Source: Vicugna vicugna
Lineage: Eukaryota
Direction: 5' to 3'
Assembly: GCA_013265495.1 (NCBI GenBank)
Contig: MU058337.1
Span: 4,506,716-4,570,715, forward strand
DNA length: 64,000 bases
Below are positions 38,200 through 51,714 of this stretch, piece by piece. The notes below the pieces were generated by a model. It saw nothing but the letters and a program-made list of their open reading frames with translations. It was not told the DNA's origin and made no database searches. The translations under genes were made by a program, and so were the position numbers. Each line of letters opens with the position of its first letter. Position 1 is the stretch's first letter.

Positions 38200-39569
38200 G
38201 TAAGCGAAACATGCATCATGTTATGTTTTTCCTCATAATAACCTGTCTGTTGCTCATTGAGCTAGATCTGCAGTTCTGCTATGCAGGAAGGCAGGGGAAG
38301 CAGAAAAGGCCCAGGACGGTGTTGTGTATGGAGGTGTTGCATGGATAAACAAGTAACAGCTGGATCCGTGTCCGTGAGCCCGAAAATCATTATCGGCAGC
38401 TTTTGGCTGTGACACAATCCATCACTAGGAGGGAGGAGGAAACTTTTTCTTTCTTTCTTTCTTTTTTTAAAAATGTGTTTGGTTGCCGATGTTTGGTGGA
38501 ATATTGAAGGACTATGGCTTAAGGTTTGGCCCGAGGCAGCTGAAGCTTCGGTAGTTGCCAGGAGAAAGAACCGCGAGCTCTCCTGACTTCTGCTGCAGGT
38601 TCGGGGACGCGGCTCGGTGCCGGGAACCCGCTCTAGACTTTTTGATTAGCTTGCACAATATTTGCCACCTTTACCAAAGTAAAAGAGGCCCCCTCCCTCG
38701 CGGCCCCGCTCCTCCGTCAGCCCCCGCCTCCCGCCCCCGTCTAGCTCTCGGTGCCGGAGTAACTCCTTCCCCCGTCTGCCTCCGACACCTCCTGCCACTG
38801 GGAATACTTGAGCAGGGCTCATGCCGGGAGGGAACCCCAGACCGAGAAGACGAGCCCGGTCTCTCTAATATATGTAATTTAAACCTTCCTTTCAAAAAGC
38901 AGTGTCCTAGCGCGGCGGCTGGGTCCCACGGGTGGGATGAGCCTGGCCCTGGGTCCGTGCTTCAGCCTCCTGGTGATCATGCGCCCCCATTCCCAAAGGC
39001 TCCAACCGGGAAACTTGCAGTACATTACATAAGAAATGCAAATGCAGGTATTTCGGGGAGTCGGGTCCCCGAGGTTCACTTCCCGGTATCCCGGTCTGAG
39101 GCGTTTGGGGGCAGCCGCGGAGCTGTGGCAGAGCAACCCCGGCAGGCCAGGCCGGAGGGCTGCGTGGCGGCGGCGGCGCGCCAGCGAGGAGGCTGGGCGC
39201 AGCGGGTCCAGGAGCCACGCGTGCTGGCAGCGGGGGTGTGTGGTGTCCCCCGGTTCGGTTCAGGCCGGGGAGGGCCCCGGGCCGGGTGTTTGTGTCTGGA
39301 GCCGTGTTGAGGGCGGGGGAGGGGCCCTGGCCGTCCTGCAGTGGCTGCCCGGGCGCCGGAGGCTCCTGACGCTGGCACTGCGGTGTAGTAGATCATGGCT
39401 CCCCGCGGGCGCCCTGACACCCCAAGCTCCGCCGGGGGCCGCGCTGGCACCCGGAGCCCCAGAGGCCGGGCAGCAAGTGGCTGTTGCCTCCGTGCCTCCG
39501 AAGCTTGCTAATGCAGCGTAGTTGGGCGGCGCGCTCCTGGGGAGCTGCCGCCTGCGGGTGCAGGGGGGC

Positions 39570-39604
39570 GAGAGGAGGAGGAGGAAGAGGAGGAGGAGGA
39601 GGAA
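39570..39604 (+). repeat. Interrupted (GGA)n tract in the CpG island
   Basis: GAGGAGGAGGAGGAAGAGGAGGAGGAGGAGGA seen directly. Confidence 0.9.
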
Positions 39605-39919
39605 TGGGTGGGCGGGGATGGAGGCGGTGGGTGTGGAGGCTGAGCACCCTGTGCGGTCCCCGCTGCTGCGGCAGAAGGAAAACTGCGAGTTGTTAGACCG
39701 TCCAAAAGGGCAGATGCTCGCGTGCTGGCGGCCGCCTGGGCAGTTGCCTTCAGCTGGGACGTCTGGCTGGCTGTTGAGGCTCTGGGAGTAGCCTCTGGTT
39801 CCCCGCGGGCGCGTTGCTGCAGTGGGCTCTGTGCCCCCGTCCGGGAGTTCTCACCCCTGTGCTCCAGCGCTACCCGCTTTCTCCCTGTCCCCCTCTGCTG
39901 GCCCCCGCCCCGCCCCCGT

Positions 39920-40117
39920 NNNNNNNNNNNNNNNNNNNNNNNNNNNNNNNNNNNNNNNNNNNNNNNNNNNNNNNNNNNNNNNNNNNNNNNNNNNNNNNNN
40001 NNNNNNNNNNNNNNNNNNNNNNNNNNNNNNNNNNNNNNNNNNNNNNNNNNNNNNNNNNNNNNNNNNNNNNNNNNNNNNNNNNNNNNNNNNNNNNNNNNNN
40101 NNNNNNNNNNNNNNNNN
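39920..40117. other. Assembly gap (N run)
   Basis: Run of N in GC-rich sequence. Confidence 1.
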
Positions 40118-43100
40118 CGTCCCCAACACCGTCCCATGGCCTTTTTACCGTTCTCTCTCTTAACTCCTTAGCGTTTAGCAACTCTGAAATGATACCACCA
40201 TCCTGAGAATTACCCAAGGAGAAAGCAGTGTTGTCGCCTTACCAACCACATTTCCAATTCGTCTGTGAGGTGTACCCCAACCCTTCATCAAAGCCAACAC
40301 TTGCTGATGTCTCGGTCATACCTAGATCTGCGACACGACTATCCCACAAGTTGGCCTGAAGGCCCTTTTTGCAAGACTTCCCAAAGTGGGACAGGCCAAG
40401 GGCTGCTGTTGAGAAAGGAGGGGGTACTCTCTCACACGGTAAAATTAGTGGTTTTTGAAACCTTGTGTCTACCTGTGAAACGATTTAGCTTCCTCTGAGA
40501 AGGGAATACCCTAAAAGTATTTCTTGAGACTTGGCAGTTTAGGGACCTTGAAGTCAGTAGCTCCATAGTACTTGAGACTGGGAAATAATTCAGCAGGGAA
40601 CAGTAAGTTTCCTTACTGCTTTTTATAAATTTTTTTGTAAACAGTTTTACTGGAAACACTAATTGTCACCCATACACGATTCAAGATCTTTCATTACACC
40701 TCCCCCACCCCACCCACTTTCATCTCTCTGGAATAAAGTAGATTTTTTTCCTTTCTGAGGCGTTTTGGAAGGTGTCAAACAAATGACAACTTATTTTTAG
40801 AGCAATTTATTATGCAGCTTATGAATGCTAAAGTACTGGGGTGTGAATCGATGGGTTAACTCAAACCATGTCTAACAACATCTTCAACTATTCTAAGAGC
40901 GTAGTTTAAATCTTGGATTGCCAGGGTTAGAGTTCCAACCTGGGATTTGGAGCATTTTGTAAATTATTTTAAAAATGGGACATTAATATGTCACACTGTT
41001 TATCTCACCTTCTAAAAGTGTTGCTTTCCAAGCCTGAATCAAACCTAGACTTAGCCATTCCCTTTCAGGATTGTAGTGGGTAAATTCCATTCTCCTTCTG
41101 CTGTTAACATGAAGCCTGAAATCCTTTGCATGTTTCTGATCCCAAGATAGGAGTATAACTAAGAAGTTAATTGGGTAATTAAAATAAAACAAAGACTAAA
41201 ATCTTCTTAACTGTTTAAACCAAAAAGAACAGATTGACTACCACCTATTATGTTATCTTAAATCTAAAATGAGGACAATTAACTGGTTTCAAACTAAGAA
41301 GCTTGGCAGAATACATCCAAGTACCAGTACTAGGATAATGAATTTGGTGTAAAGACGTCTTATTAGATTATTTTTTTCTCCCCAATCTTTGCAAGATACA
41401 AAAGAATTTACTAATCATTCCCAGTTCTTTAAATTGTTGACAAGTACAGCCAATTTGGTCAGGGGTTCCTGAGAGGGATTTCAGAGCACTGCTATATAAT
41501 CAGGTTGATGTGGAAATAAGCAAATAACAGAGTCATGAACTTAAGGGCAAAGTTATTCATATACCCAAAAGTTATTAATTAGTGTTTAAATAAGTGTTGA
41601 TTAAATAGCTTTTTTTGGCAGTTGTTTTTATGTAAAACTTAACTGGGAAAGAGCATGAAGAATATATTTGCACAATATATGCTTTTAAAAATAAATTGCA
41701 ATAGCTTAGAAAGTAAATTTACTGTCTTCATAAAAACATCCAGTGTCTCACAGTGCATTTATTATCAGAGAACACACACACACAGTTAAATGTCCTACTT
41801 CCCCCTATGTTCCTAGTAGAGCAATAGCTGTATGTTTAGAATAAATGTTACCTGCTTCAACTTTCACTGCATGAGTCATGCAAGGTGGCTGTATTTTAGG
41901 AAGATCATTAAACGGGCACTACTGAGTCCAAGGCACTTCTTTTGCCTGGAGGAGGGCCTGATATGTTTCTTTAAACCAGTACTGGTAGTCTGGACTGACC
42001 CACCTATAACACAGACCAGTTTGGGAAATAATCTAGGCCACTGAACTTTGAGTGACAGCTGCTAAGGAAATAAGTATGGTTGGAAAAAAGTCGGTGATAA
42101 AGATAAATACTAAGGTCAATTCATGGGTGTCTCTTTAGTCATATCATGCCAATGAACAAAGGAAGTCACAGACCCTCAGATATGTACTGCTGCTCAACAC
42201 AAACTTCCATGGATTGATGGATTTTGGAAAGCAGAGATTTAAGATAAATTATAATCTGATGCAATTTTACTGAGTACCAGTATTAGCGGCCAGGAGGGTA
42301 TGAGGTGGATGCCCTAGACCTAGTTCTGCAGCGCTCATTTTGAAAATCCCACTAACTTGTGGCCCCGAGAGTTTCCTTTTTTGGACTCAGTCTCCCTCTT
42401 TGCCATGTAACTGAGATAACACAAACAGGGCTTGGTAGAACTCGTTGTCACTTTCTAGTTCCTACTTTTTTTGGGGGGAGGTGTCTTTCAGCTCTGCTTT
42501 TGCCTTTGACTAAGCTGGTTTAGGCTCCAAAAACATCTGGTATGCCACTGTTACTCATTTAAATATATGTTACTCTTTTAAAGCTACTTGCTTTACATCT
42601 AGGGTGGGCATAGCTTTGAGAAAGCCATGAGAAAATAGGAAGAGGGAGAAAAAAAAAAGAGTAAGCATTCTTCACTCCTTCTCATCCACCTGCTGACTTA
42701 TCAGGGGTTCCTGAAGAGCTGCAGCTGGGCACCAATGGGCTGTACTCTAAACACTGAACATATATAAAATGGAGATGCCAAATTCAGACTGCAAGGCTGG
42801 ATCACCAGACAGGTGTAAGGTCCTTCTCCTTCTAATGTGCTTGCCTTCAGAGTGGGAGCCCATGTAATATGAGTTGGCCTTGGACTCTATCCAGGAGGCT
42901 TCAGCTACTGAAGTAGCAAAATGAGTTGTGCAGGCAGTAGCACTTCATGAACCAAAGGATGGAATTTTAGTAGGCTTCCCAGTACTGACTTGTTGGGAGT
43001 GTGGAGGTTTTTGTGTCGTGTTCGTTATGTTTGTTTGAATTTATAGCCAAGCTAACAAGTGGGAAGCCCAATGCGTGATAATCTAAACTTGGTTTTAATA

Positions 43101-44789
43101 ACGGAGATCCCCTTTATTGCACCCATATCCAGCCTGTTCTCATCTTAGGCAGCATCTGTAACTGGGAACAGTCGTTCAAATGATGCGTTGCTTTCAGAAG
43201 GTGCTAAAGCTAATTCTATATTTCACATTTCCCACGCGGAACCGTGCCTTTCAAAATGTTCAAACCCAGTCTTCCATATTTTCGTAACACAAACACTGAG
43301 GGCTTTTGTGAAGTGTTTTTATACATGTGGTAACAAGGACAACAACCAAGGTTTTTGCTCCTTTGCACATCTTGGCATCATAACTCACTCAACTGACTCA
43401 TAAGCTTTCTATAAATATCATGTGGATTTCTCAAAATGGAAGCATTTATTCAAAATAGTTTCTTATGCCTTAAGGCGAAACAGTTGGGATGTTTGAACAG
43501 TCTATTTGAAGCTCCTCTATTAAGTTTTAAATGAGACATTGCATTGTGTCTATATTCTTAGTAAAACCTTTAAGCCCAACTTAGTACCACCTCCAGGAGA
43601 ACAGTGCCATAGTCTGCGTGGTGTTTCTTGGGTTTTGGTTTGTGTACCATGTACCAGATTTAATTATAAGAGTTGAACTGAGAAGGGCAGGGAATTGTCT
43701 GAGGGAGACTTCTCAGTTCCTCCATATGCCTCCAGAGATACACTAACTTTTTTGCTATTCTGTTTTTAAGAACCAAGGACCAAGTATGACTTGATGTTTT
43801 CCCTGTTTATTTCTCTAGTTGGTACAAACTAATTTTCTGCTTTGGCCGTAAGTAAAAGGTAGGATGATGATGGGAAGGGAAGTTGAAAGGAGGAATTCTT
43901 AGGGCCTTCCTAAACATGAAAGCAAAAATGAGGCATACTGCAGACATGTTTCACAGGGAACAGCGAAGTTTTTGTTTATCAAATCTATTAACACCATCCA
44001 ACAAAGTCGCCTAACAATTGCCTTTATCATTGTCCCCTGACAAAAACTTGGGTTGTGACAAATGGCAGGTTTTTCAGGACAGTTTGTTAAATGAATTCAT
44101 AGTGAAAAACAGGGTGCTCTGAGAAAGTTAACTGTGGGACTCTAACTGCCAGTATCATACAATTTACTTGGTTAAGTTCACCGAATACTTTCCAACAGTG
44201 CCAACCAAGAATGTGGCTTCTAAATGATAAAACAAAGGAGGAAAAAAGCTGTTAGTGGTTTTTTCACTCTTTATCTGCCATAACAGGGCATTCTGAAACT
44301 TGGTTTGCAAACTTTCCCTAGGCCCACATTTTATCATGCCCTCATGCTAAACCGCAAAATTTGAGACCTTCCTCAAACACACAAGACTAAGAGCCAATCG
44401 CATTCACCCTTTCTGGCCCTCTTGGCCTTGAAAGAGCAAGTGTCAGGGCCCCATTTAATTCTCTCTGCAGGAGCCCCTTTCATTTTCTTTTCCGATCTTC
44501 AACGTTCTTCTCCTTAAAAAGGAAAGCCTTCCTCAAAACAGTTGAGTGAATGTGAATTGTTCCTCTTTTCATTTCTGAACTCCTTTCTCTGAGGACGGTC
44601 ACTGGGACCCTCCTGAGTGGTACGTTTTGTTCTTGAGGTGACAGCACCTAAACAGCCTGGAGTCCCACTTGCTTGGAAAGGAGGTGCCCTCTCGCTAACT
44701 ATTGTGCTCTTTTCCTTGTTAAAGCAGTCATCTGCAAACTTGGTGGCTCCCTGCACTTCCCACAGCCACACTCAGCTACTCAGCATCCT

Positions 44790-45600
44790 CCCTCGGGAGC
44801 CACTGTCAAAGACGCAGGGGCCGGGCCGCTGGGGCCACGGAGACAGAGTCAGGGACGAGTCTGGCAGGTGGCACGATTGGGGCAGCGCCCCCGCTTTCCG
44901 GGGCAGCGAGCGGGTCGTGAACTGTTTTCTGCCCACCCCGAGCCGGACACCTCTGCGGCTCGGATCTGCCTCCCAGAGTCGGGTCCCTCGGGAGTCTGGC
45001 CGGAGCCGGGCTCGGAGTCGGCCTGATGCAGCCCTGAAGAGAGAGGGCACGCAGGCGACCCACGGCCAGAGCCCCCGGGACCACCGCAGCGCGCGCCCCT
45101 CCTGGAAGCGTCTGGGGGTAGCTACGCATTGCGACGGAAGAGGTCCGTCCGGGCCGCCGTAGCGCGGGACGTTTCCGTTGCCACAGAGATGACCTCTGAC
45201 CCCGGGGCGTCTCTGGGGCCCGGCAGCCGGCGCAGCCGTTGCTATGGAAACCACGTGGCCGGAAGCCGGGGTGTCCGCGCGACTAGGCGCGCGTGCCGGC
45301 CGGCTTCTGACGCGGCGCGCGTCTGCGGGCCCCAGTCCGGTCGGTGTCCACGCGGGTGCCCTCGTACGTCCCACGGCGGAAGGGCTGCGAGGGAGTTTGG
45401 TCCAAGCCCACAGGTGGCCTCTTCCACCCGTCGTCCTCCCGAGTTTAGAGGAAAAAGCTCTGGTCAGGAGGAAGGAGCCAACTTGCTGGTGAATGCGCCC
45501 AAGCCCAGCTTGGCTTCGGTTTCCGCACTAGCTACTGGAAGGCCTTTGGCGGCCTCCTGAAGTTCTCTGGGTCTCAGTTTCCTCGCCGGCAACGCAAGGA
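44790..45600. promoter_or_regulatory. Intronic CpG island, probable (bidirectional) promoter
   Basis: CpG-dense; X-box GTTGCTATGGAAAC 45238-45251, CACGTG 45252-45257, CCGGAAG 45259-45265. Confidence 0.8.
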
Positions 45601-46899
45601 CATTGAGTAGCTTAATGCCACGTCAGCCCTAGGTCCTGTTCCGAGGATCTGTAACTCTCCATCCAACCCGGACTCTGAGTAAACTTTCCCCTTCCTCCCT
45701 GTATCTCTCCCGGACTGTGTTGAGTATATTTAAGTTGTAGTGTAAAATCCGAGACTGTCTGAGATGGAGAGCTACCTTAGGGATCATGACCGACCTTTTA
45801 GAGGTGTGGCAACTCCTTCACGGTGGAGAAGTGACTGTTCCATGAGCCGGTTTTGAATTATGTAGACAAAGCACAGTTTATGACTTTGAGCCTTGAAGAA
45901 GCATGTTGTGTTTTACTGGTGAGACTACCAAGATCTCTTCATGCGTCTTACAGAGTTGTGTGGTTGGTGCTGAAACATGGCATCCTTCATAGCCATTACG
46001 TTCCCCGGATGTCTTTTCCTGCAGTCCCTAAACATTTTCTTTTAGAGGGGAGTCTGCCTACATTGGCTTGTTTTTCCCTTCTGTTATCTTGGACTTTTGG
46101 GAAAAATCACAAGCATTTTCTAATCTTTAAAAAGAAGGCTTCACTGTAAATTTAGAAATTGAAGAAGACTATTTTGAGAGTATAATACACAAACTCAGTA
46201 GTTTATAAAAGAACAGCCAGAACCAAATTGTGTTTCTGGCAGATGGAGTTAAGGTTACCTGCTCAGATGGCTGTAAAGTTTTTATAAAGAACTTTTTGTT
46301 GGCCTAGTTTCCAGAGTCTTTTTACTTTTTTTTCTCCTTATGATAAGAATTACCCCGCTGAAGTTTGCTTCTCAAAGAACTGGACATTAGTTCCTAAAGA
46401 AGACTGGGTAGAATATTTCCATCTCAAGGCTCAGGGAAAGAACGCTAATTCCTCCAAGAGGGACTTATGTTTCCCAAATCCAGAATTTTACAGTATCCAC
46501 CGGCACAGGGGAGGTTTGGGGATTAGTAAAAACAGTGGATGGGCTTTGAGTTGTTTCTGCAGCTGCATTTCTGTTCTTGTAAAGACTCAAGTTCTGAGCC
46601 AAGGATAGTAGTTTTTAATTCCTCAGAGCATTGGGTTGCAACCTGTGTGACATCAAAGGTTTGACCACCCATGCAACTACATTTTGTATTTGTTTCTTTA
46701 GATTACAGAGAAGATCTTCAACTAAGATGAAAATAAAAAAGATTTATGTGTTCTAGATTTAGAGCTGTCTGTTTCGGAAGGTTTTTCTTTCCTTCTGGAT
46801 ACACAGTTTCACTTAGTTTAGGGGAGGAGACCTAAAAAGAAAGTTCCTATCAGGCTCTGAATGTAAGCTTCTAACCTGGCCAATTTCTCACAGCAGAGC

Positions 46900-48960
46900 A
46901 ACTTAAAACAATTTTTTATCAAATCAGCTTGTCAGGTTTCAGCCAAGACAAACAGTACGTATTCCTGGCAGTATTGAACAACCTGTTGGACTCAAGAGGC
47001 CTTCCCCAATGAATGTGCAAAAGATACTACCCTCCCAAGATCCAGAGCCACATCCAAGGATAGACAAAAAAAGAAAGGCTTAGACATTTCCCTTGAGCAC
47101 TAGTAACCATGGGTCGATCACTATCTGCAAATGGAGTGCAACTCACATTTCCATCTGGCCGTATTTTGAGGGCCCTCTGCCTGATGGTTGCCAAGCCAAG
47201 TTCTTAGAACTCAGTATGAGACAAACCAGAAGACAATAACTTCCTGGGAGAGAAAGGATCAAAGGGAAGCCAGTGGGTCCTGGAAAAGAAGGAACAACGT
47301 GAGATTTTTCCCTTCCTGTCTCAACGGGGCACTACAGACAGATCGAGTAGCTGATTCTGGTAAGAATTCTCTGGCATCTGCCAGTTTTCTCAAAATCCCA
47401 TCCACCGGCTTCAGAGCAAGTGGGATTTAAAACAGAGTGCGGCTCTGGTATCTGCAAGAACTTGGCAAGGGTTTTTATAATTTTAACTTTAGTTTCCTGT
47501 TGGCTGCTTAAGGGAATAACTGGTGGTGGTTTACTGGAGAATCCCTTGGAGTCCCGTTAACCCTGAGAGGGGCCCATTTGGGGGCCACCCTTCAAGGGTA
47601 GGTATGGGGGCATGTGTAAGATAACCAATTTGATTTATTTATGGTCGTGTAGTTTCTTCAGAGTGGAAAAGCAATTCAGATAGAGGATTAGTCACCTGTG
47701 AGTACTGAGGTAAAGGACAATAAAAGTCACTATTGATAGTGTTATAGTCTTCAGTTTAGGTAACTCTTGTGTCCTTAATTTTTCATTAGCCTTTTGAAAT
47801 GAATCTTTCAATGAAGCTATTTTGGAATCTTAAAGACTTTTGGAGGGTTCGCATGCCAATTAAAATGGGTATCCCATTCTGTTTGATTTGGGAACCCTTA
47901 TTTTTAAGTGCACTTCTTAAGTGAGCACTTAAGTGAGTTGTCTAATTGGAACATTCCCCATAATGGCTGTTGTAATTCCAAGTTGTCTTAGTAAGACTTG
48001 CCATTTTTGTAGATATTTACAGCTTCTGGGATGTAAAGGAAGCAGGTGAAGTGCTTAATTCCTTGAAACTTGAGGATCCTGTTTCTTTAGCTAAACTTTC
48101 AGTCTCTTGGAGCCAAATTAATACGTAAGAGGGATGTACTGTTGGGCTGGGGATTTTGTGGCGTTTTGCAATAGACCTCATTGTGTGGAATTTTCTTGAG
48201 TTTGGTAGGTGACCTAGTGTCTACTAACCTATTCTGTGATTAACTTATCCTAGTACAGGTGGCAGTTGCTCCTACAGCTTTTTAAGTGCTTGAACTATGC
48301 CCACCAGTATTGTGGCTTTGGCTTCCAAGAGTCCCGTTAGCAATCGATCTATTAGTCCTTTCAGGAGAAGATTTCTCTATAGTGGCAGACAGCTTAATGA
48401 CTTTTAAGAGTTCAACTTGTGGCTACTTAGACTTTGATGTGCCGTTGTTCAGAAAAGTTGGGATTTCTTGCCTTAATTTATATCCCTAAATCCCTCTGTG
48501 GTTTATTGTGTGAACTTACCTCTGGGCTTTGTGAATGCCCTAAGGCTGCCATCTTGCTTTCTTTAGATTGAGGGGTACTCATTAGTCTCCCTTGAAATAA
48601 TCCTCCCTAATTCAACCAGACTTCGGTTTCTGGCTGCCTCCGCACAGTTCTTGAGACTTGCAAGGACCTCCCGGAGGTGCTTACCTTTTAGATGAGGTCA
48701 GCCACAAACCCAGATGTGGCCCACTAAGTCTCAGTGTGGAAATCTGGGGTTTCTTACACCCTAAGTTTCCACCTGGAAGTACGAGACAAACAAACTCTTT
48801 AGAGCTCAGAAGGCAAAAGAAGCTGAGATTTATCTGAGAGGAGCTTACCAGAGAGCCCAGGGAGCGGGTGAAGAGGCAGCAAACAGAAGGGCTCAGTGGG
48901 TGCCTTCACCTGCATCTGAATCTCCAGCTACTGTGTCTCCGCATCCTATCTTGCCAAAAC
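46900..48960 (-). mobile_element. Degraded ERV1-like internal (leader/gag-side) sequence
   Basis: Directly follows the LTR on the minus strand through GTTT-TGGCAAGATAGGAT (PBS-like position); no intact ORF; left boundary uncertain. Confidence 0.5.
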
Positions 48961-49348
48961 TGTAAATTGATAAAACTAAAACAATTGAGCAATGAGTATG
49001 GTGTCCTTTATTAAGAGGAAAAAAATCCTTGGATTGGGGGAGTACAGTGCCTCACAAGCAGTGGAGCACTCGTCCCAAGGGGCGTCGGGCAAGAGTGAGT
49101 TTTGTAGAACACAGAAGAAGCACCATGGAAACAGGGCATGATGGGCTAAGAGGACAGGGGTTTCCTTATAAGGCTAGCAGGTCCTGTTTTCTAGGGTGAG
49201 GGAAGCCAGCTAAAGCTGAGGTGGAGGGTTGTGATTGGTGAATGTTAGGATTCCTTGACCGATGTTTTTCTGTAAGTGCAGGCTGTCTTAGGTTTAGATG
49301 TGTGACCTGGGCTGGGCCACTGGGGCCTCCTTTGTGGGTCCTGTTACA
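48961..49348 (-). mobile_element. ERV LTR (5' LTR of a truncated provirus)
   Basis: Minus strand TGTAAC...TTTACA ends with CCAAT (49234-49238), TATAA (49166-49171) and AATAAA (49007-49012) in U3-R order. Confidence 0.7.
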
Positions 49349-49372
49349 CGAATGAACTTTACCAGTAGTCAA

Positions 49373-49531
49373 TGTCAGGTCTTTGTGTTTTTGTTTGTTT
49401 GTTTTTTGGAGGGGGGTAATTAGGTTTGCTTGCTTATTTATTTGTTTATTTATTTAATGGAGGTACTGGGGATTGAACCCAGGACCTCATGATAGGCACA
49501 CACTCTACCACTGAGCGATACCCTCCCCCCT
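49373..49531 (-). mobile_element. tRNA-derived SINE, camelid Vic-1-like, with TSD
   Basis: Same family as the other copies; 16-bp flanking repeat CTTTACCAGT(A/T)GTCAA at 49357-49372 and 49532-49547. Confidence 0.9.
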
Positions 49532-51714
49532 CTTTACCAGTTGTCAAGAACAGACCATGTGTCCTGTTCTGTGACATGGTCAGCTTTGCCCGTTAGACAA
49601 TCATGGCAGCAGTGTGCAGAATAGCCTTGCATGGGGCAGGACTGAGGGTAGAAACACCTCAGAGGAAGCAACTGAAGTAGAAGAGGTGAGGTCAGAAGTA
49701 AGGCCCGATAGGGCTGGAGTGGAGGAGTCTGTCTATCTCAGTAGCCACTTTGAATTTGGGGAGGGAGAAGGTGGGGAGCCCAGGATGATCTGAGCACACT
49801 CTGTGATGTGGACAAGTCCTTTTGATCCTGAGCCACTGACCATTTGCTAGTAGAGCACCCTCGTCTCCTTGAGACATGGTGAAAAAACTTGACTGTTTAT
49901 ATTCGAGGGGCTGTGGGAGCTTTTAATAGTGAGCAGAAAACTTTCACACATTTCTCCTTCTCATAATCATAATTTAAATAGGCAATTCTAGGAGAGTTGC
50001 TTAGGGACAGAGTTCATCATCTTGACTCCAAACCGGAAAGTCCTTAGGAATGGAAAAAATGCTTTACAATAAAGGTAAGTCGAAAGTTGTTTTTTTCCCC
50101 CAATGGTTACATACAGTTCTTTGTTGATAGTAGATGTTTTTGTGCACAATACTTTGCTCAGTTTGAGGAGTCAAATAGTACAATTAAAGGCAAAATTTTC
50201 AGATTATTCAGGTCTGGCAAGGAAAGAGAAGGAAGTGTGAACTTTTTTGAATTTACATGTATAAGTGTGTGCACCTGCTTCTTGGATAGAAATGAATGTA
50301 GTTGTAATTAAAATGCCATTCTCTCCCTGTAACATTTTCTTGTCTGTCCAATTACAGTGGATCATGGAAGTGTGTGGTAACCCCCTCTGTAATGCTGCGT
50401 TTCACTTAGATCAGGTGTAGTTTGGGAGGGATCGTAATCTCTATTCTTTCCACTTCCTGTGTGGAGCACATGATACGCTATTGTTGTACTTTAAGAAAGA
50501 ATTGTAGGCTTTTTTTTTTTTAAATAGCCACTTGTTTCAAAGTCTGAAACTCATCTTCTCTGATTGTGTTCCTGTTGCACACCAGGTGTTATAATTCTTA
50601 AGCAAAGAAAGGACCCTGTTTGCTAGGAGACCTCAGTCAGCTTCCTAATTAAACACACAGTAGTTACCATCATTCTGCCTCGACATTTACTGGGGCAGAT
50701 TGAGAACCATGACCTAATATGCTCTTTCTTCCTTTATTATCCGATGACTTGACTTGTTTCCTGGGAATTTACATTTTTCATTATCTTAATTATTTTCGTT
50801 TACATTTAAATTTTCCGCTCATATGCCAATGACATCACATAAAATTCCTCATATGTCAGCCATATAGTAATAGATATAAAATACTGGAAATATTTTTAAT
50901 AGAGTGGATACTAAATGTTAGAAATATTTTAATGATACCATAACAAAAAATAAATTTTAAAAAGATAAAAATTTTGGATCATTTTTATTAATTTTGTCTT
51001 TCCTAACTATATTCCCTTTTAAAATCTTGGGAATAATTGTAAAGAACTGTAGAGAACATAGTGCTGACGTGATTCTGGGGCACCATGGCACAGGAGCCTT
51101 TTCATGGGACTGTTAACCAGCGGCGGACCTGCTAAAGGCAGTGTGTGGCCTGATCTGCAGAGCCTTGGAGTCCAGTTCACTCTGTTCTGTTTGCCTTAGG
51201 AATCTGCTTTCCATCTCTGAGACTTCACTCTCCCCATATTTGTACTGTCCTACTTGAGATTTTGTCCTTTCACATATTTGCTGTCGTTATGTCTTTCAAA
51301 AGTTTTGTCATCAATTTAACTCTTCAGGCAAGGTTGGGATTAGTATTCAGTTGGATTTTCAAAGTTCACATGTACTACATTAGGGAAAAAGGCAAAAAAT
51401 GCTAACAGTATCGTTGTCAGGATGTAAATGAGACACATTTGCCTGAATTTGAGACATTTACCCAAAATAGCACTTATTCAACCTAAGTTTTTTCTTTCTG
51501 TGCTTCAAATAACATGTAAAAACTATAATGTCTATCTAGTGCTTTAATAGATTATATATTTAAATAATTTGGGGGTATTATTATAATTTTTCTACCTAAT
51601 ATTCCCACTAATGAATGACTGTTAAACTTAGTCAATTTTTAAAAGCATATTGCTCTTCTACTTGAATAGAAATATCCTGAATTATTTTGAATCTTGTATT
51701 ATTGACTATGCTCT

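Larger units (their letters stand above)
38500..40140. promoter_or_regulatory. CpG island at the start of intron 1
   Basis: Very high GC and CpG density with GC boxes; interrupted by an N gap. Confidence 0.9.

Noticed and set aside
38200..38348. ORF 37944-38348 continuing past the donor with a hydrophobic tail (VMFFLIITCLLLIEL)
   Set aside because: Similarity to FGF14 stops at a canonical GTAAG donor; the continuation is intron read-through with no supporting evidence.
38555..39800. Long overlapping ORFs (up to 251 aa) in CpG island 1
   Set aside because: GC-rich stop depletion on both strands; low-complexity A/P/G/R peptides with no recognisable homology.
44617..45560. ORFs of 100-200 aa in CpG island 2, including a possible alternative coding first exon from ATG 45244
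   Set aside because: Compositional artefact; nearby donor candidates (45413, 45488) give phase 2, which is incompatible with phase-1 FGF14 exon 2.
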